Position numbers and translations under genes: made by a program
Source: Azolla caroliniana
Lineage: Eukaryota; Plantae; Polypodiophyta
DNA: 64,000 nt
Assembly (NCBI GenBank): GCA_043228905.1
Contig: JBHGNT010000011.1
Coordinates: forward strand, 5,828,001 to 5,892,000
Direction of reading: 5' to 3'
In this document: positions 47,555-60,909 of the stretch, one piece after another
Layout: every line of letters starts with the position of its first letter
Position numbering within the stretch: position 1 is the stretch's first letter
The notes under the pieces: model-generated
What the model was told of the DNA's origin: nothing
The model's database searches: none
Seen by the model: only the letters and a program-made list of their open reading frames with translations

Positions 47555-48438
47555 TGTTGAGAAACAAGCTCAACAAAAGAAATGTGATATCGGTAACGGA
47601 GATCTCCCATAGTAGCTATTAGGAAATTAGCTATTGTAATGATGATGTTAGACAATATAGGTAAAATAGCTATGAACAACTATTTAGCTATTCATAGCTA
47701 AATAGCTGAATATGTAAGTCACCAACAACACTTATGTAAAAAAGAGATTGCGAGAAAAAATAGAGAGACAGACGAGAGAGTTTTTTTCTAAGTAATGAAA
47801 CAGACGGTTTTTGGGTATCAGAGCCTAGTTGCTATTAGAGAAGAATATTACAGATATGAGAATATTCCTCAGTTTGCGGGTCTGAATCAAAGTTGTTTGC
47901 TAAGCTTAGCCATAACCTAAGTCCTAAATTAAAAGAGAGATGTCCATTGAAAATGGAAGCCAAATAGTTATAGAAAAACTTGATTAAAACAATTTCCTTC
48001 CGTGGAAATTTAGAATGAAAAATTTCCTGATGGGAAAAGGGTATTGGGAGTACATTGAAGGAGACCTAGAAGAGGCTCAAGAGATCCATGAAGAAAACAC
48101 AACTGTTGCACAAATCAGGGCATACAAAGATTGGAATCAAGGAGCTAGAAAAGTGTTGAACTAGCTATCACTTAACATCTCAGATTCGATGCTTGGACAT
48201 ATACAAGATGCTCTACTCCCAAAGGAAGCTTGGGACAATTTGGTGAAACTATTCGTCATAAATACAAAGGAAAGAAAAATTCAGTTGAAAACTAAACTAA
48301 ATACATTGGAAAAAGGTAAAATATTAGTCAATGAGTATGCTTTGAAAATAAAGAGCATATGTGAGTCACTTGCTTCTATTAATGTGAAGGTAGAAGATGA
48401 TGATAATGTACAAGTATGCTTAAGGGGCTTAGGACCAC
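47555..48438 (+). mobile_element. 5' part of copia element E (LTR, PBS, gag), interrupted by D
   Basis: LTR start TGTTGAGAAACAAGCTCAACA; PBS GGTATCAGAGCC at about 47814-47825; gag from 47940 (WKFRMKNFLMGKGYWEYIEG...EAWDNLVKLF). Confidence 0.85.
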
Positions 48439-50359
48439 TGTTGAGCAGACAAGCTCAACATGATCCGGATCGGCCAAATAAGCCAAGAGCCAGATCGGTA
48501 TCCGGAACGAAGAGCTGGATCGGTGTTCGGAACAACCGGATTGGTGTCCATAACGGAGAGCTGGATCGGTGTTCGGAACAGAGTGTTACCGGTAGGCCAT
48601 TAGAGGCCTACAATCCTAGCCTAGTAGATAGGCATATTTTTAGGAGTTAGCATCATAGCTTAGTACGAGCATTGAAGTACTTGTCAGTACTTCTGTTAGT
48701 CCTTTTAAGGACTTGTATAAAAGGTGCTCTAAAGCACATTTGTATGTACAAAGTTTATAGAGTATTTTGAAGTAGAGTTTCATTGTTCTGCTCTGTGTGT
48801 GTCTCTCTTGCGTACTCTGTGCGTGTGATTCAAGCTTTCCATTAAACCTTTGTTCTATTCCTGTTGCTATCTGGCAAAGCCGGTTGTGTCTACAAGCTTT
48901 TGCACACTATTCTTTTCATGGTATCAGAGCACGAGGGTTCAGAATCCGGTAAGAATAGATAGAAGAGGAAATGGATAGAAGCATGGCAAGCTCGCTTCCA
49001 ACGGAGAAGCTCGACAGAAGTAACTATGCATCTTGGTCGTACAAGATGCACCAGTATCTGCTGGGACACGGTTACCAGAATTACGTGGAAGGAGCGAACG
49101 AAGTAGCAACGAATTCGGCACAGAAGGATTTCCCAACTTGGGAACAAGGAGTGAGCAGAGTGTTGTGCTGCCTCGCATCCTGTGTGCATGACCAAATGCT
49201 AGGCTACATCAGAGATGCAAAAATGGTGAAGGAAGCCTCGAAAAACCTCAAAAAGATTTTCGCCGCAAGTACCACGACACGGAAGTTGCAACTTTGGCAA
49301 GAGCTCAACAGTGTCTGACAAAGGGACATGTCGGTCACTGACTAAACCACCAAGATCATGGAGATATGCGACACACTAGGGTCCATCAACATGACGATGG
49401 ACGAAGAAGAAATGGTGCAAATCTCCCTCAGTGGTCTAGCGTAGAGGTACGTGCCAATTCAGACGGCGATATCCACCCGGGAGAAGCCACCGTCCTTCTT
49501 CAACTTGCAATCGATGTTGATGGTCGAAGAAAACCACGCAAGTGGATCGAGGACCACTCAATCGAACAACTAGATTCTATACATGGAGGCAGATTAGCTC
49601 CATGGGTGAGGAGGACGAGGTGGATCGACACACGACGAGGGCGGCCAACAAGAGTAGGAAAGAAGGCACAGAGGAAGTGCTGACAACAATTCCGGACCCT
49701 CCACAAGTAGGGGGAGTCAAGGTGGCGCCGGAAACCGGAAATCAAAGGCTGGAATGGAATCTTGGTATTGTGGCAAGAAAGGCCACCGGGAAAGCGAGTG
49801 CCGGAAGAAACACGCCGATTCGGACAAATCCGGATCCCACAAAGTTGAACACAGAAATCAGCAGCGGTTGCACTATGTCGAAGGATTGGAAGGATCCAGA
49901 ACCGGAAAGCCTAAAAAAGGGCCAACCTTTGTGATGACGCACAAGGCAAACTCGATGAAGAAGACCACCTCACAATCTGATGAGGTGTGGTACGTTGACT
50001 ATGGAGCGTCAAATCATATGACGAGCCATGAAGAATGGTTCTCATACTTAGATAAATTGGAGCAACTGGGAGTGGTTGAAACTGGAGACGCCACTTCGCA
50101 CCCTATCAAACATGTCGGAGATGTTCCCCTCTGGCATGTTGGACAGAAAGGGAAACTTATGAACGTGCTACACGTCTCGACAATAACACAAAACCCAATG
50201 TCAGTTGGCCAGATAGTCAACTAGGGAATGTAGGTTCGATTCACTCATCTCGGGTGCTTCATCAAGGAAGAGGGCCAAATCATTGCGCAAGGGCACCCGG
50301 GCCGGGAGGGTGTTCATCCTCAACACCAACGACGTTGGCACAAGCGGATTGATAGCAAT

Positions 50360-53300
50360 CGGGGTTCGTGATGTATATTAACAACAATCAGGGCTCGTGG
50401 CTGAAAACCATACATCAACATAAAAGGACTATATCCCGTTGACGTATGCTTGGAGGTGTTATAAGAAAACTCCAAGATAATGTTCCCATTTTGTTGGTTT
50501 TGCACCAACGTATGCTTGAAGCATGTCCTCAATAATTTGATTTACTCGTTCTGTCTGTCCATCGGATTGAGGATGATCCGTGGAGCTCATGCTCAACGTA
50601 GTTTCTAACTTCTTAAAGACTTGCGTCCAGAAGTCACTAGTAAACTTTGGATCTCGGTCACTCACGATATCCATCGGTAACCCATAAAAACGAAATAATT
50701 CATCAACGAATTGGTAAGTAAATTCAGGAGTTGTTATCGTGGTTTTAGTAGCAATAAATCTGGCCATTTTAGTTAGTCGATCAACGACATCCCAGATGGC
50801 ATCATGACCTTTTTGGGTGCGAGGAAGGCTAACAATAAAATCCATGGATATACTTTCCAACTTATTATTGGGAATGTCCAAGGGATGTAAAAGTCCTGCG
50901 GCTTTAAGTCTCTCAGCTTTGTTAACCTGACACTGGTGACATTTAGTCACATAGCTATGTATGTGAGGACGCATCTTAGGCCAATAAAATTGAGTGGAGA
51001 TGAGAACGAGTGTTCGATGTATTCCAGGGTGCCCTACTTAGGGTGCATCATGGCATTAAAAAAGAATCCTCTTTTTTACCTCGGGTAAATCTGGAACACA
51101 AACCTTCCCATTACGGTAGAGCAAACCGTTAGCAATGTGGAAGTATTCCTTCGAGGATGTGGTGGTGTCTGTTCTAGACTCAACTCTTGCTCAGTATTTT
51201 GCAAAATAACTGTCATCAGGATACTTTCCTCGAAGGTGATCATAAAGATCTGATGTTATTTCTGTGAAGCTAAGCATGTTAACTTCACGGATGCGACTTA
51301 GTGCATCAGTGACAGTGTTCATGGAACCTTTACGATATCGTATGGAAAAATCAAAGTCCTAGATGAGATCAGCCCATCGTGCCTTACGACCTTTCAGGTC
51401 TTGTTGGTCACAAAAATATTTCAAGGACTCGTGGTCCGTAGTTACCACAAAGCGATTTCCATAAAGATAATGGCGCCATGTTTTGAGCGCATGTATAACT
51501 GCAAATAATTCCTTTTCTTGAACGGTATACCAACATTGAGCAGAATCAAGTTTCTTACTCTCGAATGCTATTGGTTTACCATCTTGATACAAGAAAACAC
51601 CTATAGCATAATCGCTTGCATCGGTTTCAACCTCAAAAGGTTTTGAAGGATTAGGTAAAAGAAGTGAAGGAGCCTTGCAAACCAGGTCCTTGAGTTCCTT
51701 AAAGGCGAGGTCTAGTGTAGCATTCCACACAATAGGTTTTGTAGACCTACGCGTTTGACCTTTTAAAAGATCAGTAAACGGCGTTGTCAATTGGGAGTAA
51801 TTACGAAGAGACTTTTGCAAAAACCCGACAAAACCAAGGAATGATCGAACTTCTCGAATATTCCGAAGAGTGGACCAAAGCTTGATTTTCTCAATGCGAG
51901 AAGGATCAATTTCAACTCCTCATTCGGTTATGAGATGTCCTAGATAAGTAATTGATTTCTTGAAGAACTCACATTTTGAGATCTTTGCATAAAACTGTTT
52001 GTCACGCAATGTTTGTAAAACAAAGCGGACATGTCTAGCATGTTCTTTTAATGTACAACTATAAACTAAAATATCATCCAAGAAAATAACGATAAATTTT
52101 TCAACTTGTTCTCGGAAAATGTCATTCATTTCTTGTTGAAAAGTAGCCGGAGCATTGGTCAAACCAAAAGGCATAACCAAAAACTCGTAATGGCCATAGC
52201 GCGTACGAAATTCCGTTTTAGGAACATCGTCCTCACTTATTCGTATTTGATGGTAGCCAGTACGGAGATCAAGTTTCGTAAAATACCGAGCTCCCTAAAG
52301 ACTGTCAACTAGATCGTCAGCCCGGGGCAATGGGTACGAATTCTTGATCGTCACTTTATTCAAGCGTCGGTAATTAATACACATACGCCATGTGCCCTCT
52401 TTCCTTTTTACCAAGAGAACTGGTGCACCTCATGGAGATTTACTATAACGTATGTAACCCATTCGTAAATAGTCCTTGAGTTGCTTAGATAGCTCATCCT
52501 CTTCGGATCGACTTAAGCGATAAGGAGGTATACTTATTGGTGCAACACCAGGTACAATATCTATACGATGGTCTATATTACGTTGAGGAGGTAAGCCATC
52601 TGGTAGTTCACTCAGAAAAACATCACGAAAATCATTTAAGATTTCATCAAGTTGTTGTTGTTCAAAATATGTTAATTGAACCAAGACATTATCGATATTG
52701 TAAACGTGAATGTCCGGATCAAGTACACAATAAAATAGAGTAGAACAAGACAACTCGGATATTGATGGACACGAGGAAATAATCGAGAGGGATTGTGTTT
52801 TTACACATTGAATAAAATGAGTACAATCGTTCAGTACAAATGTAATTGAATGATGAACCCAATCAATAGATAAAGAAGAGTTTTTATTATAAAACCAGGG
52901 ATAACCCAGTAATACATCGGTGGTACAAAGATTCATTACATGGAAGTCTACTTCCTCTATATAAGTATCAATAGAAATTCCTAATGAATGAATCGCCCCG
53001 TTGATGTATTGTACTCTTCCATCAGCCAAGTGCACCGTGTAGGTGTGATAACTTACGGTGGGTTGGATTCCCCATATTTGAACCAAACGATCATTCACAA
53101 AATTGTGTGAGCTTCCCGAATCAAATAAAAATTGTACGGGAGATCCATTGATATACTCGTTTGCACGTAGTAAATCATTGGGACCCAATACATAGTGAGG
53201 GAAAGAACATTGACAATTACTTAAATGATGTGTATAGACCTGAAGGACATTAGCAATCTGACCTTTATGGTCTGCAACTTTAGCTTTGTTGTCGTGCTCT

Positions 53301-54196
53301 TTCCGTTGGAGCTTTCGACATTGATCTTTTGTATGACCCTTCTTTTTGCAGAATACGCAAAAAGGATGTTGTCGCTTACAATCGCGATCCATGAATTCGT
53401 TGGGTGTCTTGCGTTTCCCAACGAATTGCGACTGCTTAGTCCTGGGTGCTTCGTTGGGTTTGTTGTGGTCCTTCTTCGAAGTGCGTTGATAGCGAAGAAC
53501 TATTTCAACGGCCTCTTCGAAGGATTTTGGATCCTTATCGTGCACTATCCAGTGATAGTCCGAATTGGGGATGCCATTGACAAAACAAGCTATCAACCAA
53601 TTGTCCCCTTCTAGACCCGATTTTTGGATTTGGGTTCTAGCATGGTGAACATAGTCTTCTAGCGAGGAAAATTTCCTGCTAGAGAGGTTCATTAAAGCTT
53701 GTGCTGCCTTGGTTCGAGAGGGAGGTTGCAGAAATTGGCCCTTAAAAACCGTGACAAAATTTGTCCAAGTATCGGGCAATTTCCCCATAGTATGGAGCCC
53801 ACGCCACCAGGCGGCGGCCTTACCCCCGAGTTCTCAGCCGACATATGCAATCTTCGTACTATCTGGCGTGGGATAGAGCTCAAAATGAGACTCCCATCGT
53901 CCCAGCCATGTGCAGATTGCTTCTTCGGTTCTTTCCTTTTTGTCTCCCATAAATGGCTTAATGACAAATGATGGTTCACCTTGTCGCTCATCAGGTCTAT
54001 TAGTCTCACGTTGTAGACTAATGACATGTGCCTCAAGAGCACTCTGAGATTGCCAAAGTTCGGTCATTTGTTGAGCGGTGAAACTAAGGTATTGGGTTAT
54101 TTGTGCCAAATACATCTCAGTGGACATTTGTCCAGGAGGATTCCCTTGAGTTCCTTCCGCTTGAGCGAATGACATCGGGTTGTTAATTTGACCCAT
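50360..54196 (-). pseudogene. Gypsy gag-pol with several stops and frameshifts
   Basis: ORFs 53834-54196, 52430-53788, 51920-52180, 51359-51820 and 50459-50974 in PR-RT-RH-IN order. Confidence 0.92.
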
Positions 54197-55502
54197 TAAA
54201 GATTATTTCTAGAAAAGAAATAGGATAAGGTTAGAGAGATAGTCATAACATCATGTGGTGATGTAAACATATCATGGACAAACATTAATCGATATCATGA
54301 TCTCACGTCAATACCCCTCTAGACGTATGAGATGAGGTTCAAGATCAGGTTACTATGGTAACACAAAGGTGTTTTAAAAACCATGGGGGTGACAATTTAA
54401 TGTCTTTCCCTGATCTCTATATCAATTTTTTCATGGAGGCTCCCCGAGGCTCAACCATGTATATTCGCGTCATGAGTAGTTTATACACGAAAAAAATGTT
54501 AATAATAAACTATGTTTCTTTGCCCACATATGTGGTTTCGGCTCTTTAAGTCTTATTATGAGGACCCCGAACTGCACTTAGACCTTAAGTCTAAACATGT
54601 GTTATAGTCATATGTATCAAGGATGTTGTATGGTCTTGGTCATATTTGAACTCAAGACCTCGAGAACAAATACATTAAACACTTGAGCCAACCAAGTAAG
54701 TTGCTCTTCTCGAATGCTTAATGTTTGATGCGTATAAGAGATATGCGAGGCACTTGATCATATATGTTGTTTTTAAAAAGAACATATATGTCAAGGGTCC
54801 TTATTTCGCCCTCATTTACCAAAACTATGTTGGTACGTTACCTAACCTCAAGTCTCGTAATTACGATGGCATACGCCAAAGTGCAACCAAATGGTCAAGC
54901 CAAATGAGCCCTCATTTCGTAGTAGGCCCACGTGGCCCATCACATGGTCACGTCATTACGAATGCCTCTCGTAAGAACGAGCTCATGGTGGCATCGTATC
55001 CATGTAACGAGGGAGGGATATTGGATACGTGTGTCATTGGAGCGACCTCACTTGAAGTGGGTCAAGCCCTACGTACTCAACATCATTATCGCTATAGGCG
55101 TTTCTTTATGTAACGAAATCAAGGTCATCAACGGGGTTGTCAACAATAAAAAATTGTTGAAAAAGGGATGGTGACAACGCCATTCTCACAAAAATGTGAG
55201 GACGGCCACCAACATCCTTTTCCCGACAATGACAACTTTCGATATAATCACGTAATAACGAATATACACATATGTTTACTTATCACATATATACGATCAA
55301 ACACGTATATATGTGACCACATATGCCTATATTAAACATATTGTTATATTAAATAGCCACAAATGATGTGATCGAGATACGTAATCGAGGTATATACCTC
55401 TACGCACATGAAACATCCACAAATAAGAGATCATCATAATACGCAATTGAGGTATTGACCTCTTAAGCATACGAGACCAAACACATATCCTTTACAACAA
55501 AT

Positions 55503-58500
55503 TGACAGGAACTCGACGTTCCTTATGTCCGACGCTCGGCCACAACCGAGATTCTTTTCATACACAGAAAAACAGGTAATGAAAACGCGACACAAAAGGG
55601 AGAAATGGTACACAGGAGGTTTACGTGGAAAACCCCAAAATAGGGAAAAAACCACGGCAGCCCACAGGCTGCAAACTGTCACTATGTAGGAATATACAAC
55701 AGTGAGTTCACTGAGGCAACGACCTCGTGCTCTCAGATCTTCGCCACAGGCGGCGGTTACAACAGAGGCAACGACCTTGTCTCTCTCTCTCTCTCTCTGT
55801 ACAGTTACGCGCTCTCACTTCTTCTTGCACCAACAAGGAGGAATAACAAATAACAAAACGACACAACAACAACCCCTAAAGGTTTGCCCTAAGTCATATT
55901 TATACTAATATGACTTTTCGGCTATTTACAAATGTAGCCTCGATCGGCTCTCCGTAGTCGGGTACTCCCCATCCGGTTCATACCGGGCCTACACCATCCG
56001 GCTCTCCGCAGTCGGGTACTTCCCATCCGGTTCATACCGGGCCTACACCATCCGGCTCTCCGCAGTTTGGTACTCCCCATCCGGTTCATACCGTTTCGGC
56101 CTCGGCCGGCACTGTTCTTCTCCCTTCCCATCCGGAGGGACCTGTCTCCCAACAAACTCCCCCTTCACTCCGGCATGGGGTGTCTTTCCAACCCGATCCT
56201 CTTCCGGCATGCGTCCAGCTTGTCGGGTGTCAGCACTTTGGTCAGCATATCTGACCCGTTCTCGGCCGTGTGGATCTTCGTCAGTGCGAACTCCTGGTCA
56301 TCTACCCTTTCCCGGATCCAGTGATACCTCCGCTGGATATGCTTCGTCCGGGAATGGTAGGCCGCATTCTTAGCAAGGTGGATGGCACTTTGACTGTCGC
56401 AGTAGAGTCGGTATTCCTCTTGCCGGATACCGAGCTCTCCGATGAAGTCCTTCATCCATAATATTTCCTTGCCGGCTTCTACAGTCGCCATGTACTCCGC
56501 CTCTGTGGTTGACAATGCAACCGTCTTCTGCAGCCTCGACTGCCACGAAACCGCTCCCCCTGCATATGTCATCACATACCCGGATGTAGACCGGCTGGTA
56601 TCCACATCAGCCGACATATCCGAATCGGTGAAACCGTCCAGTTGAGGTTTCCCGGAGCCGAATCGGAGACACATATTTGAAGTTCCCTTCAAATACTGGA
56701 GTATCCATTTGACCGCGTTCCAATGCTCCTTGCCGGGATTGCTCATGAACCGGCTCACCACTCCGACTGCGTATCCAATGTCCGGTCGGGTACAAACCAT
56801 TGCATACATTAAGCTCCTGACGGCAGAGGCATATGGGATCTTCATCATATCTACCTTCTCTCCTTTTGTCTTCGGGCTTTGCTTGCCGGACAACTTGCAG
56901 TTTGCCGGAAGTGTCGATCCGACCGGTTTTGCATCTGACATGTTGAACCGGTGAAGCACCTTTGTCACATACTTCTCCTGTGACAACCATAATTGCTTCA
57001 CTGACCGGTCCCGAATGATGTGCATCCCCAACATCTGTCTTGCCGGACCCAAGTCTTTCATTGAGAAGGTCCGGTTGAGAGCCTTCTTCAGCATCCGTAT
57101 TTTGCCTTGGTCTCGTCCGACGATCAACATGTCATCCACGTACAAGAGAAGTATCAGGAAGTCCCCTCCTTCGACCTTCTTCACGAACACGCAATGATCG
57201 GCCTGCGTCTTATGGTACCCTTGATCGGTCATGAAGGAGTCGAACTTCCGGTACCATTGCCGGGGAGCCTGCTTCAGTCCGTACAGGCTCTTCTTCAACC
57301 GGCATACCAGGTGCTCCTTCCCTTTCTCCACAAATCCTTCCGGTTGCTGCATGTAGATTTCCTCTTCGAGGTCGCCGTGGAGGAATGTCGTCTTCACGTC
57401 CAGCTGCTCTACCTCGAGATCCATGCTTGCTGCTATACTCAGCACCGTCCGGATGGAGGTCATCTTTACTACCGGGGCGAATATTTCGTCGAAGTCCACG
57501 CCCTTCTTCTGCTGGAACCCCTTCACCACGATCCTGGCTTTGTATCTCGGGGGGTTGCCGGCATCTCCCGGTTTCAACTTGAACACCCACTTGTTTCGGA
57601 GTACCCGCTTTCCTTTCGGCAGCTCCACCAATTCGTACGTATGGTTCTCATGCAGGGAATCCATCTCATCCTGCATGGCATTTAACCATTTTCGGTTATG
57701 GGTGTCTTCCTTCGCTTCTTCGAAGCTTTCCGGCTCCCCCTCATCGGTCAGCAGGACATGCTCTGCATCCGGAAATCTCCGGGGCGCCCTTCTCTCTCTG
57801 AGAGGATATCTACGTCTTCGGGCTTCGGTAACCGGTTCCTCCATTTGCTCTTCGTCCGAATCCGATTCGGGGTCTTGACCGGTTCCGGTCTCAGCTTCCT
57901 CTACTTCTTCTTCTGCCGGTTCGGTATCCTCACCGTAACCGGCTGGTTCCTCAAGTGCTAACCGGTCTCTTGCCGGTTGGGTCTGCTCATTGTAGAGTCT
58001 ATCCTTACCGGTCGACTCGGAGTTCATTACCTTCTTCTCCGACTCCCAGTCGGCGAGCGTCTTGTCCTCCATGAAGATAATATCTCGACTCCGGAATACC
58101 TTCTTGTCGACCGGGTCCCACACTCGGTAGCCGAACTCATCGTCACCGTAACCGAGGAATATGCATGGCCGGGTCTTTGGATCTAACTTTCCTCTCCGGT
58201 CCTTTGCTACATGCACATACGCGAGACACCCGAACACCCTCAGATGCCGGTAGGACACTTCCTTACCAGTCCATACTCTCTGTGGCGTGTCTCCGTCCAA
58301 GGGTACTGAGGGTGATCTGTTTATCACATATGTCGCCGTCGACAGTGCCTCAGCCCAAAACTTCTTGGGTAGTTTTGCATGCGCTAGCATACTCCGAACC
58401 TTCTCCATTATGGTCCGGTTCATCCTCTCGGCCAGTCCGTTTAGTTTCGGCGTCTTCGGCACGGTAAATTCGAGCCGGATTCCCTTCGAGCGGCAGTACT

Positions 58501-60909
58501 CCTCGAACTGCCCCCGATACTCACCTCCGTTATCTGCTCGAACCGCCTTCAGCTTCCGGCCGGTTTCTCTTTCCACTCTCGCGTGGAGCTCTTTGAAGAC
58601 TGATAACACCTGATCCTTCGTCTTCAGCGGTGTGGCCCACAGCTTCCGGCTGTGGTCATCTATGAACGTCACGAAGTACTGCGCTCCGGCATGTGACTTC
58701 GTGTCTACTTGACAAACATCCGTATGCACCAACTCCAGTGGTGCATTACGTCTCATCGGTGGCCTTGGTCGGAAGGAGGTCCGGTTCTGCTTACCGGCCA
58801 GACAATCAGTGCACTTCTCTAAGTGCACGTTCTTCACTGGAATGAGGTTGTCATCTCCAAGCCTCTTCATCCCCTTCTCACTCATGTGACATAGCCTCTT
58901 GTGCCACAACTCACCGGCAGTGTCGGAAGCCACGTTCACTTCTTCCGGACATAACCGGGCATTCATCAGGTACAGTGTGTTTACCTTCCGGGCCCGAGCC
59001 ACAATCAGGCTCCCTTTGCTGAACTTCATGACACCGTTCCGGATGCTACCCGTGTAGCCTTCATCATCCAGCCGACCGGCTGATATCAGGTTCAGAAGAA
59101 CTTCCGGAACGTGTCGGACATCCTTCAACAGCAACTTGCATCCGGTTGGTGTTGTCAGCCACACGTCTCCTATCCCGACAATTCGGCATGTTCCTTCATT
59201 CCCCATCCGGATACAGCCGTGATCACCGGCTGAGTAGGATGAGAAGCATTTCCGGTCCGGGGTAAGGTGGAACGACGCTCCGGAGTCTACCACCCAGGTC
59301 ATCTCGTCGCCGGCATGGTTTATCTCACTCTCCTCGGTGATGAGCATCAACTCTTCTTCACTTGCCGCAATTGCCGTCGTTCCCTTCCGGTCCGGCCCCC
59401 TCCGGTCTTTACCGTTCCGGTCTGTACCGTTCCGGTTCGGGGTTTGCTTCGAATCGGTACCGTCGGTTTCCTTGTCTTTACGGAAATGCCGACAGTTCTT
59501 TTGGAAGTGTCCCGGCTTGCCGCAATAGAAGCAAGTAGGCCTCCCCCTTGACTTTGACCATGTCCCCGACTTCTCCCGGTTCTGGGGACTACGGTTTCTA
59601 TGTCTTCCGCGTTCCGATTCGGTAAGGAGCGCTTTGGAGTCGGAGCTCGTATCTTTGTCTTTCCGACGAGCCTCCTCATCTAGCAAGCTCGACTTTACTC
59701 TTGCTAGGGATAACCGTTTTCCTTCCGGCCCGGCGTTGCCCAAAGTGACAACCAACGTCTCCCAGCTATCCGGGAGGGAACCGAGCAGGAGTAGCGCTAG
59801 GACCTCATCGGCGAGAGGTACTTCCAATGACGTTGCCTGGTGGATCAGCCCCTGGAAGGCATTCATATGCTCCGCCATGCTGGAGCCATCTTGGTACTGG
59901 AGTCTTACTAGCTTCCGGAATACCGACACCTGATTGACAGCATTTTTGTTCTGGAACATTATGCCGATCTTCTCCCAGAGCTCATGAGCCTTGCTCTCTT
60001 CATTGAAGTTGTTGTACAGGCTCATGTCGATGAAGCACCGTATGTACGCCGTTGTCTTCATGTGCATCACCTCCCATATCGCGGCGTCGATTTTGTCCGG
60101 TCTCTTGTCCCCGAACTGAACTGGCAGGCAGAGGTCTTTAACCACGAGCATGTCCCTCATCTTCGACTTCCACACTGAATAGTTGGAGCCGGTGAGCTTG
60201 AACATGCCGCCAAACGATTCGTCCATTTTCTGTGTTGATTTCGCTTTGATACCACTTGACAAGAACTCGACGTTCCTTATGTCCGACGCTCGGCCACAAC
60301 CGAGATTCTTTTCATACACGGAAAAACAGGTAATGAAAACGCGACACAAAAGGGAGAAATGGTACACAGGAGGTTTACGTGGAAAACCCCAAAATAGGGA
60401 AAAAACCACAGCAGCCCACAGGCTGCAAACTGTCACTATGTAGGAATATACAACAGTGAGTTCACTGAGGCAACGACCTCGTGCTCTCAGATCTTCGCCA
60501 CAGGCGGCGGTTACAACAGAGGCAACGACCTTGTCTCTCTCTCTCTCTCTCTGTACAGTTACGCGCTCTCACTTCTTCTTGCACCAACAAGGAGGAATAA
60601 CAAATAACAAAACGACACAACAACAATCCCTAAAGGTTTGCCCTAAGTCATATTTATACTAATATGACTTTTCGGCTATTTACAAATGTAGCCTCGATCG
60701 GCTCTCCGTAGTCGGGTTACTCCCCATCCGGTTCATACCGGGCCTACACCATCCGGCTCTCCGCAGTCGGGTACTTCCCATCCGGTTCATACCGGGCCTA
60801 CACCATCCGGCTCTCCGCAATTTGGTACTCCCCATCCGGTTCATACCGTTTCGGCCTCGGCCAGCACTGTTCTTCTCCCTTCCCATCCGGAGGGACCTGT
60901 CTCCCAACA
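55503..60909 (-). mobile_element. Full-length Ty1/copia element B
   Basis: LTRs 55503-56154 and 60257-60909 (about 6 substitutions and 1 indel by eye); TSD CAAAT (55498-55502, 60910-60914); PBS TGGTATCAAAGC 60243-60254; PPT 56157-56166. Confidence 0.98.
56165..60226 (-). CDS. Uninterrupted copia Gag-Pol polyprotein (1353 aa from MDESFGG)
   Basis: Single ORF with all domains; the extra 70 codons in the ORF track run through the LTR and PBS. Confidence 0.95.
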   Translation of the reverse strand: MDESFGGMFKLTGSNYSVWKSKMRDMLVVKDLCLPVQFGDKRPDKIDAAIWEVMHMKTTAYIRCFIDMSLYNNFNEESKAHELWEKIGIMFQNKNAVNQVSVFRKLVRLQYQDGSSMAEHMNAFQGLIHQATSLEVPLADEVLALLLLGSLPDSWETLVVTLGNAGPEGKRLSLARVKSSLLDEEARRKDKDTSSDSKALLTESERGRHRNRSPQNREKSGTWSKSRGRPTCFYCGKPGHFQKNCRHFRKDKETDGTDSKQTPNRNGTDRNGKDRRGPDRKGTTAIAASEEELMLITEESEINHAGDEMTWVVDSGASFHLTPDRKCFSSYSAGDHGCIRMGNEGTCRIVGIGDVWLTTPTGCKLLLKDVRHVPEVLLNLISAGRLDDEGYTGSIRNGVMKFSKGSLIVARARKVNTLYLMNARLCPEEVNVASDTAGELWHKRLCHMSEKGMKRLGDDNLIPVKNVHLEKCTDCLAGKQNRTSFRPRPPMRRNAPLELVHTDVCQVDTKSHAGAQYFVTFIDDHSRKLWATPLKTKDQVLSVFKELHARVERETGRKLKAVRADNGGEYRGQFEEYCRSKGIRLEFTVPKTPKLNGLAERMNRTIMEKVRSMLAHAKLPKKFWAEALSTATYVINRSPSVPLDGDTPQRVWTGKEVSYRHLRVFGCLAYVHVAKDRRGKLDPKTRPCIFLGYGDDEFGYRVWDPVDKKVFRSRDIIFMEDKTLADWESEKKVMNSESTGKDRLYNEQTQPARDRLALEEPAGYGEDTEPAEEEVEEAETGTGQDPESDSDEEQMEEPVTEARRRRYPLRERRAPRRFPDAEHVLLTDEGEPESFEEAKEDTHNRKWLNAMQDEMDSLHENHTYELVELPKGKRVLRNKWVFKLKPGDAGNPPRYKARIVVKGFQQKKGVDFDEIFAPVVKMTSIRTVLSIAASMDLEVEQLDVKTTFLHGDLEEEIYMQQPEGFVEKGKEHLVCRLKKSLYGLKQAPRQWYRKFDSFMTDQGYHKTQADHCVFVKKVEGGDFLILLLYVDDMLIVGRDQGKIRMLKKALNRTFSMKDLGPARQMLGMHIIRDRSVKQLWLSQEKYVTKVLHRFNMSDAKPVGSTLPANCKLSGKQSPKTKGEKVDMMKIPYASAVRSLMYAMVCTRPDIGYAVGVVSRFMSNPGKEHWNAVKWILQYLKGTSNMCLRFGSGKPQLDGFTDSDMSADVDTSRSTSGYVMTYAGGAVSWQSRLQKTVALSTTEAEYMATVEAGKEILWMKDFIGELGIRQEEYRLYCDSQSAIHLAKNAAYHSRTKHIQRRYHWIRERVDDQEFALTKIHTAENGSDMLTKVLTPDKLDACRKRIGLERHPMPE

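Noticed and set aside
60227-60436. Extra 70 aa at the start of the 1423-aa ORF
   Set aside because: Runs through the LTR U5 and PBS, and begins at a non-ATG codon.
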